Positions 56,049-64,000 of a stretch of 64,000 bases of DNA are shown one piece after another. Below the pieces are notes generated by a model, which saw nothing but the letters and a program-made list of their open reading frames with translations, did no database searches and had not been told where the DNA came from. The first letter of the stretch is position 1. Each line of letters opens with the position of its first letter. Origin of the DNA: an uncultured Planctomycetota bacterium. Lineage in GTDB: Bacteria; Planctomycetota; Planctomycetia; Isosphaerales; Isosphaeraceae. The DNA lies in contig CAWJTV010000036.1 of the NCBI GenBank assembly GCA_963845755.1, positions 384,001 to 448,000 of the forward strand. Direction: 5' to 3'. The position numbers and the translations under genes are program-made.

Positions 56049-57748
56049 ATGAGCAACAGGGTTGTCCGGGGTCCGGGCCCCGTCTTCGTCTACGAGTGGA
56101 TCACCGCGTCGAGGCGCTGGCAAGTCTATGCGCTGCGATCGCTGTTCGTCCTGGGCTTGCTGGCAGCCTTCCTGGCAATTGGGATGAGCCGGGAGGCGGT
56201 CTTGGTCGCCGGCCCGACGGGACTCCGCGGCTGGCGCAGCTCGGCGAAGGGCTCTTCGTGGCCGTGATCGGCACGCAGTTGACGCTGGTGCTGCTGGCCG
56301 CGCCGGCCGCGACCGCCGGGGCAATCTGCCTGGACCGGTCCCGAGGGACCCTGACGCATTTGCTCGTCACGGACCTCAGCGACCGGGAGATTGTGCTGGG
56401 GAAGCTCGCCGCGCGGCTGACTCCCATCTTGACGCTCGTCGCCTGCGCGTTGCCGGTCATGCAGATCCTCACATTGCTGGGCGGGGTCGATCCGGATGCG
56501 CTCCTCGGGTCGTTCGTGGTGACGCTCGGCGTCGCGGTGCTTGGCTGTTGCCTGGCCCTGGTCTTCTCGATCTGGGTCCGCAGGACGCACGAGGCGCTGC
56601 TGGCCACGTACGCGGTGTTCGGCCTGTGGCTGCTGGGCCCTCCCATGCTCGAACAGATCAACCGGTCGAACGGCTGGTCTCTGGCCGTACCGTCGCCGTC
56701 GGTTAACCCATACCGGCTGGCCTTCGCTCCTTACTGGCAGCCGGGCTCGGTGGACTGGCGCGATTACCTGGTGTTCCTTCTCGCGACCTGGGGGTTCTCC
56801 GCGATCCTCGCCGGGCTGGCGGTGCGGTCCATGCGACGGGTCTGCACGCGCGATGTGGAGCGGAAGGCGACGGGTCGTCGGCATCCGGCAACCGGCGTCG
56901 AGATGATCGCGAGCACGCCTTTCCGGATCTTCGGCTGGTCGGGGCCGACTCTGGACTCCAACCCGGTCCTATGGCGCGAGTGGCACCGCAACCGGCCCCG
57001 GCGCTGGGCGCGGATCATCGCGATGACGTTCGTCGCGGTGGCGCTGGGCTTCAGCCTGCTGGCGATCCACGCAGGCGGCCGGAGTGGGATGCCACCCTTT
57101 GTCAACGCGTTCCAGGTTTCCATCGGCCTCCTCTTCCTGAGCGTGACCGCGGCGACTTCGCTGGCCGAGGAGCGGGTCAGGGGGAGCCTCGATGTGCTGA
57201 TGTCGACGACGTTGACGACACGGGAGATCGTGGTCGGCAAGTGGCTGGGTACGTTTCGCCTGGTCCCGCCGCTGGCGGTCCTCCCGGTGCTGGTCGTCGT
57301 CGGCACGACCGGGTCACAAGTCGAGAGATGGCCGACGGCCCTCCTGATGGTCACCTTCGTCTTATGCTGCGGCGCGGCGATCACCAGCCTGGGACTGGCC
57401 ATGGCGACCTGGTGCTCCCGGCTCGGCCGCGCCGTGGGGCTGACGGTCAGCCTGTATACCCTCGTCACGGTCGGCTGGATGTTCGGGATGATCGCGATCC
57501 TCGGCGGCCCGAACCCGGACTCGAGATTCCAGATGATGCTCAGTCCCTTCTTCTGGGCTGGCATGGTAACCGCGGATGTGACTGAAGGCCCGCACGGGGG
57601 AACCTGGGGCTGGGGCATCCTCTGGACTCTGGCCTACGCGCTGACTGCCCTGGCGCTTCTGGCCGCGACGCTGGCGACATTCAATCGCTGTCTGGGCCGG
57701 GTCGAGAGCCACGCCGTCCGGCTCGGCCGGTCGAACGGCCGGAATTGA
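56049..57748 (+). CDS. ABC transporter permease-like membrane protein (frameshift ~56220)
   Basis: GPVFVYEW, DRSRGTLTHLLVTDL..REIVLGKL, NPVLWREW, EERVRGSLDVL; many TM helices. Confidence 0.8.
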
Positions 57749-58702
57749 CACGACGCGCGGCCAGGGCCGCCATCATCAGACCGAACACCGCCAGCGTGCT
57801 CGGCTCAGGAACGGGGGACACCACGGGCGTCAGCAGGAATTCGTCCGTCTGTCCCGAAGAGCCGGTGCCGAAGGCCACGATCCGGCCCGAGCCGTCGATC
57901 CCCACGGCGGAGATCAGGGTGATGTTCGCGGAGGTCGGGATCAGGAGGTTGAGGTCCTGCATCATGCCGTTGGAATAGACGAAGGCATGTTGGGCGCCGC
58001 TGGCGATCTGCGACCAGCCGACGACATTATTCGCGTTGTTCAAGGCGTTGGCGACCGCGTTGGTGCCACCCAGATTACCCAGATCGATCGCTCCCGAGTT
58101 GATCCCTCCAGCCCCCTGGAGATAGGGGACTCTCACGCCTTGTCCATTCACCTCGGTGGTCGCGATGACGCGATTGTCATTGATGCCCGCGACCGTTCCT
58201 TGGAATTGATCCAGAATTGGAATTGGAACTTGGTGAAATACTGGGAGAGATATCCCGGGCTCTGAAGGGTTTGGCCATTCGAGGGATTGGTAACGGTATG
58301 CGGGTCGGATAGGAAAATGACGAGCTGTTGCGTACTGGAACTGCCAAGGTTGGGTAGTGTCTCGAATGATGTACCGGCATTCACGCCCAGATTGTTACTG
58401 GTCACAAGACTTGGGCTGGAGAGAATGATATCGCCATCCATCAGGTCCGTGCGAACGATATCCCCCTGGTGAAACTCCCCTAAGCCGGACACCGTTGCCG
58501 GATGTGCATAGACATCGAATGATCCCGACTGGAATGCGGACTGATCGGACGCGCTGAGAGCCCCCAGGTAGCTACCGCTCGAGTTGGCGGGGCCAAGGTT
58601 CGTCACCGAGTACAGCGCAGCCGCTCCGGCTGAGCCGGAAAGGATACCGACGAGCCCGAAGATCACCGCAAGATGCTGAACGCCTCGAAGTCCCGCCCGC
58701 AT
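57681..58702 (-). CDS. PEP-CTERM protein with HAF repeat (frameshift ~58200)
   Basis: Signal peptide, YSVTNLG, QHAFVYSNGMMQDLN, VPEPSTLAVFGL..ARR. Confidence 0.8.
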
Positions 58703-58836
58703 GGTCGCCCCTCCTTGGTCGAACGCGCCGAGAGATCGTCCGTGATTTTTCGCGTGTGAAATCATCGAGGAAACACGGTTTCTTGTCAACGAAACTTAAT
58801 GCGCAGGTCCGACTTTCCAGCCGGACGTCGGCAAGA

Positions 58837-60226
58837 CTATCCGAAGATGCGTGTGATCGGCTTGCCGGCCGCGATGGGAAGCGGGCGTCCCAGGGTATCG
58901 ATCACCTCGGTGGCCGGGTCGATGCCCAGGGCCCAGAACATCGTCGCGGCGATGTCGTCGGGCGTCACGGGATCGGTGGCGGGATAGCCGCCGATGTGGT
59001 CGCTCGAGCCGTAGATCGCACCAGGAATGATTCCGCCGCCCGCGAAGAGGACCGTGTAACACATCGGCCAGTGGTCGCGGCCGTCGGGGCCGAACTGCTT
59101 CGTGTTCGTCACCTTGGGCGATCGGCCGAATTCGCCCATCCAGACGATCAGGGTCTCGTCGAGCAGTCCGCCGCACCTGGAGGTCCAGGATCAAGGTGGG
59201 CACGGTGCGATCCGTGTTCGGCAGGAGGCGGTTCTTGAGCTGGTTGAAGTTGTCGCCGTGCGTGTCCCAGCCGCCGTTGCCCCGGCCGCCGATCGTCTGG
59301 GAGTAATAGACCGTGACGAACCGCACGCCCGCCTCGACCAGCCGGCGAGCCAGCAGGCAGCTCTGGCCGTAGGTCGTCCGGCCGTAGTCGTCGCGGAGCC
59401 GCTCGGGCTCGGCCGAGAGGTCGAAGGCTTGCTTGACCTTGGGCCGGCTCAGCATTGTCAGGGCCCGCGCGTAGAACGCGTCGATCCCCCGCGCCGTCTC
59501 CGACGAGGCGAGCAGGTCGGTCTGCTGGTCGATCAGTCGCTGGAGACCGCGGCGGTCCTCCAGCCGGTCCAGCGAGAGCGATTCGGGGAGGCTCAGCTCG
59601 GGCAGCCGGAAATTCGAACGGTTCGGGTCCTGGCCGATGAAGAAGGGGTCGAACGCCTTGCCAAGGAAGCTGGCGTGCTGGCCGGGCGAGACGCTGCCGT
59701 CGCGGAGGACATACGGGAAGCTGATAAACGAGGGGACCGCCGGGTCGTCCGACGGCCGGAGCCGGGCGACTGTGCTGCCATAAGCCGGGTAGAGCTCCTG
59801 AGTGTCGCGCAGGCGGATGTCATCGAGCGGCGGCGCGTGGCCGGTCAGGCTGTAATAGGTCGCCGAGTTGTGGTTCCTCATCGTGTGGTGGACCGACCGG
59901 ACTTGCGCGAAGCGGTCGACCACCGTCGAGAACCGGGGCAGATGCTCGGAGACCGACAGGCCGGGTTGCTGAGTCGCGATCGGCGTGAACTCGCCCCGGA
60001 TCCCCGAGGGCGCGTCGGGCTTCATGTCGAACGTGTCCAGGTGCGACGGGCCGCCGAACTGGTGCAGGAAGATCACGTTCCTGGCCCGCGCACGCAACCC
60101 GGAGCCTTCGGCGGCCCGGAGCAGGGTCGGCAGGTTCAGACCGGCGATCCCGGCGCAGCCCGCCTGAAGGAGCCGCCGACGCGTCAGCCGGCTCGTCATC
60201 TGGTAGCCGTGGCAACCGCGCATCAT
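58837..60226 (-). CDS. DUF1501 protein (frameshift ~59175)
   Basis: TRRRLLQAG, GGPSHLDTFDMKP, LLARRLVEAG, WDTH, GEFGRSP, GRDHW. Confidence 0.9.
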
Positions 60227-60256
60227 GGACGAGTCCTTATAAGATTAGAAGAATAA

Positions 60257-60423
60257 TTGAACACGAAATACACGAAACACACGAAACATACAAAATTCTA
60301 GGATACCTTCATTTCGTCTCGCTATTACTTCCACGGAGAAGCACTTTGGGTGTGACAACTCTTCACGCTGGGCTCTCGCTGACCTGCGTTCCCTTTCGTG
60401 CATTTCGTGTATTTCGTGTTCAA
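60257..60423. repeat. REP-like long inverted repeat built of 9-mers
   Basis: TTGAACACGAAATACACGAAACACACGAAA ... TTTCGTGCATTTCGTGTATTTCGTGTTCAA. Confidence 0.85.
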
Positions 60424-60442
60424 AAAATCCGTATTCCGAATC

Positions 60443-63051
60443 TCAATGCCGGAGCAGGAACTCCTTGCTGTTCAAGAGCGCCCAAACGACGTCCTCCCAG
60501 GCACTTCGTCGATGGCGGGCACGGCGAAGGTAATCGGCCATCGCATCGAACTCGGCCGGCCTGGGTTCACGGCAGAGCGCGGCGAGGTAGAGCTCGGCCA
60601 AGATCTCGCGATCCCTGGCGCCGCGTGCCATCAACCGGCCGATCCGGTTGCCGCTCTCGTCCAGTTTGCGACGGACCGTCGGCCCGTTGATCATCTGGAA
60701 GGCCTGGGCCAGGGTGGTTGCCTCGGACCGCTCGCATTCGCAGGTCAGCAGCCGCTCGGGCTTGCCGAAGGTCTTCAGGAATGCGACCTCACCCGCCGCG
60801 CCGGGCAGTTGTGCGGCACGCAAGGTGCCAGGGGCGTGGCGGAACGACTCGGGCACGTCGAGGGCCTGGCTGATGGCATCGAGCAGCACCTCGGCCGGCA
60901 GCAGCCGCACGGTCGCGTGGGAGAAGTTGGATGCGTCGTCCCGGTTGGTGGAATCAGGCGCGGCGCCGGCCTGATACGTCCGCGACTTCAGGACCCAGGC
61001 GACCAGCGGCTTGAGCCGCATCTCGTGGCTCTCGAAGTACCCGGTCAAGGTGTCCAGGAGCGCCGGATTGGAAGGCGGGTTGGAGTCGCGGAAATCATCC
61101 ACCGGCTCGACGATCCCCCGGCCGAGGAGGTGAAACCAGACCCGGTTGGCCAGGTTGCGGCGGAACTGGCGATTGTCGCGGGTCAGCCAGTCGGCCAGAA
61201 CGGCGAGGGCGTTGCCTTCGGCGGGATTGGCGGTCGGCGTTCCTCGGAGGACCGTGGGATTGAGGACGACACCCGTCCGTGGCTGGACCATCCGAGGCGC
61301 ATCACCGGTCAGGTAGATGATCTCGTCGCCGTTGATCTCGTGCTTGTCGAGGTTGTCCTTGCGGACGTTGTCGAGCTCTTTGCGCGATGGTCGAGAAGAA
61401 CGCAGCCAGACCATAATAATCGTCCTGGGTCCAGGCGTCGAACGGGTGGTTATGGCACCGCGCGCACTGGATCCGCAGACCCAGGAAGACCTGGGCGACG
61501 CTCTCGGCGGCCGTGGTCGGCTCGCGGTTGGTCCGGTAGAAGCTGGACGGCGGGTTCTGGAACGTCGAGCCCAGGCCGCCCACGATCCGGCGAACCATTT
61601 CATCAAGGGGCAGGTCGCGCGCGATCTGGTCGCGGAGCCATCGCTGGAAGACCCAGGCGCCTTTCTCGCCCATGGTCTTCTCTTCGTTCCGCAGCAAATC
61701 GGCCCACTTCAGCGCCCAGAAGTCGGCGAATTCCGGCCGATCGACCAGCGCGTCGGCCAGCTTGTTCCGCTTGTCGGGATCGCGATCGGCGAGGAAGGCG
61801 CGGGCCTCGGCGGGGTTGGGGAGCCGGCCGATCGCATCCAGGTAGGCCCGGCGGATGAAGACGGAATCGTCGCTCGGGGCCGACGGGTTGATCCGGAGCG
61901 CACGCAGCTTGGCGTAGACGTCCCGGTCGAGGGGATGATCGGCCGGCTCGGTGCGCCAGACGAAATCGGGTCGATCGGCCGGGAACGCCAGCCGGCTGAC
62001 CGCTCGGCCGTTCATGTAGCGGATCGCGACCGTGGTCTCGCCCGGCCCGCGGATGTGGACCAGCCCATCCGCGGACACCTCGACCCGGGTGGGATCGTCG
62101 AGGTCGTAGGCGGCCTGACGGGTAACGTCCCGCGTGGTCCCGTCGACGAACTCGGCGGTCACGACGAGCTGCTGATCCCGCGCCGGCTGCCTCGACCCGC
62201 TCGGATGGAAAGACCCGGAGCGACCGGACCAGAGGTGCGGTGCCGCGATCATCGAGACCACCCGAAGCGATCCAGCGCAGCAGGGTCAAGGCCTCGACCG
62301 ATCCTCGGGGAAACCGCCGGCCGCCCTCGTGGGAAACCGCCGTTGTCGGCTTGAGGAAGGCCAGGCTCTGCTCGGGCGCCAGGCGATTGATGCGCCGGCC
62401 GAACTGGTCGCGGCTTAGCGAGGCGAAATCGAAGTCCGGATCGTCGCCGCGAAGGCTGAGCCGGAATCCCCCCTTGCCGCTCAGGTTGCCATGGCATGCG
62501 CCCATGTTGCAACCGGCCTTCGAAAGCAGCGGTACGACGTCGGTGCGGAAGCTTGCCGGCCGATGGTTCGCCGCGCGATCGATGCGGATCCCGGCCGAGA
62601 CCGACAGGCTCCCGACTGTCGCTCGGATCCACCCACACCCGTCGGCCTCGGGGCGCACGACGCCCGAGGACGTGATCGAAGCCAACGATGCCGGCTCTAC
62701 GACGAATCGGCAGTCGCGGGTCGCGTCGCGGAACGATCCGTCCGCCTGAAGGAGGTTCACGGCGAGCTGCTGGCGACCGTCCGCACTCGATAGGACGATG
62801 GTTGACGGCTCGATGGTCAGGGTGGGCGAGCCAGGATTGCCCGCGACCGCCATCGAACTCGAGAACACGACGATCGCGATTCCGGCGAGACCGCGCGTCA
62901 CGACGTACCGCAGCCTGGATCCAACTCGACCTTCCGGGCGAGGGTCGCGCACCATGGTCTCCTTCCACATCCCTGCCAACGGGCTGAGGGCCGTTGGGCT
63001 GAGTCTTGTTCGCGCGCACCAAGGGCGGGGGGCCGGAGGAATGTTCGACAA
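60443..63051 (-). CDS. DUF1549/DUF1553 (PSD1-like) protein, frameshifts ~62185 and ~61385
   Basis: GCNMGACHG, FIRRAYLD, QCARCHNHPF, GIVEPVDD, TCECERS, EDVVWALLNSKEF. Start uncertain. Confidence 0.88.
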
Positions 63052-63271
63052 TATCTTAACCGTTGCCGATGGGGGGCGTCAACCGAGTCGCGACGAAGCT
63101 TGAGGGCGCATGCGAAAGGGCGAAGATGCGTCCGAACCCGGGCACGAACCCGGCTCGGACGAAACCTCGCCCTGCGTGTGATCAAGATTCGAGGGAATCC
63201 GTCCGGCGAACCCTTTTCCCTGTTGGGGAGGGAAGGTCCGCGAGCGACGCTGCGTCCGTCACGCGGCGGCG

Positions 63272-64000
63272 TTACTTGATCTCGTCGGCCGAGATCGTCT
63301 CGCCGCCCGCGCGAGTCATGAGCTTGTTGAGGGTCAGCTTGTTGATCTGGGAAGTCACCGTCCGTACGGTACCGTCGCAATATGCGAAGTTGACCATCCC
63401 CGGATGCTTGCTCGCCCAGTACGTCCAGTAGTTCTGTCCGTTGAGGGTGATGGGCTTATTGATGGTTCGATCGACATTGGTTCGGACGCAGCAACTCGTG
63501 GATTGCGACCAGACGCCCTGAGGGTAGACGCTCTCCCCCATCAGGATCGTCGTGGAGGTGCCATCGGTGATGTCGGCCATGTTGCACGTCGAGTTCTGGT
63601 ACATCATGCCGTTGTCGTACACCACGCACCACGGATTCTGGGACGCGGTGGCGATCGGGAGGAGGGACGGGCAATTGGAGTTGGTGGTCGGGATGAAACC
63701 CGCGGACTGGTTGCCGCGATAGTCGGACGGCCCGAGCTGAGAGGTCACGTTGGAGCCGGTCCCGGTCGCGATGGTCTGCGCCCGGCGGTTGGACGGGCAG
63801 ACAAACGCATCGATCGTTCGGCGGATGGCGGTGGCGTTGTCGGGCCAGGTCGTCGGCAGGTTGAAGTTCAGCTCATTATAGAGGTTGCCCTGCTCGATTT
63901 TGACGAACAAGCCCGGAAAACCGCTCCACATGTAGGTCCAAGGCGTGACTCCATTGGGCATGTTGACGGTGGGGGAGCCGGTGGGCGTGCAATTCGGATC
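63272..64000 (-). CDS. DUF1559 (prepilin-like) protein, 5'-partial
   Basis: FVCPS, DITDGTSTTILMGE, SKHPGMVNFAYCDGTVR, TRAGGE. Confidence 0.9.
   Translation of the reverse strand, partial: DPNCTPTGSPTVNMPNGVTPWTYMWSGFPGLFVKIEQGNLYNELNFNLPTTWPDNATAIRRTIDAFVCPSNRRAQTIATGTGSNVTSQLGPSDYRGNQSAGFIPTTNSNCPSLLPIATASQNPWCVVYDNGMMYQNSTCNMADITDGTSTTILMGESVYPQGVWSQSTSCCVRTNVDRTINKPITLNGQNYWTYWASKHPGMVNFAYCDGTVRTVTSQINKLTLNKLMTRAGGETISADEIK

Overview
GC-rich bacterial DNA with a gene inventory typical of Planctomycetota (Isosphaeraceae-like: DUF1501, DUF1549/1553, DUF1559, ECF sigma with a long tail, TPR-tailed Ser/Thr kinases). Single-base frameshifts occur in many unrelated genes, so this is probably an imperfectly polished long-read or metagenomic assembly. 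Bases 1-19.7 kb hold the 3' part of a type I-B-like CRISPR-Cas locus (cas7-cas5-cas3-cas1-cas2-cas4) and an array of roughly 180 37-bp repeats. Next come a PDZ-repeat secreted protein with a TIR-STAND-TPR (NLR-like) gene, a glycosyltransferase, an ECF sigma/S41-like fusion, two paralogous kinases, a KaiC-like ATPase/histidine kinase/receiver operon, ArsR/SRPBCC, IS5, ISL3, an IS66 remnant and several REP/MITE-like elements. Best candidates for undescribed biology: (1) an integrase-free ~5.5 kb candidate defence cassette (Panacea antitoxin, IS-truncated putative toxin, PD-(D/E)XK-like nuclease, stand-alone deaminase) bracketed by a 149-bp duplication of a DUF1501 gene's 3' end; (2) an eroded RiPP-like locus in which a cyanobactin PatG C-terminal-like domain lies between two Cys-rich peptides sharing a leader motif; (3) a REP-like hairpin inside the CRISPR trailer plus a nearby spacer carrying the same sequence; (4) an apparent bias of spacers toward being antisense to coding sequence. 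All family assignments are by motif recognition only; no searches were run.
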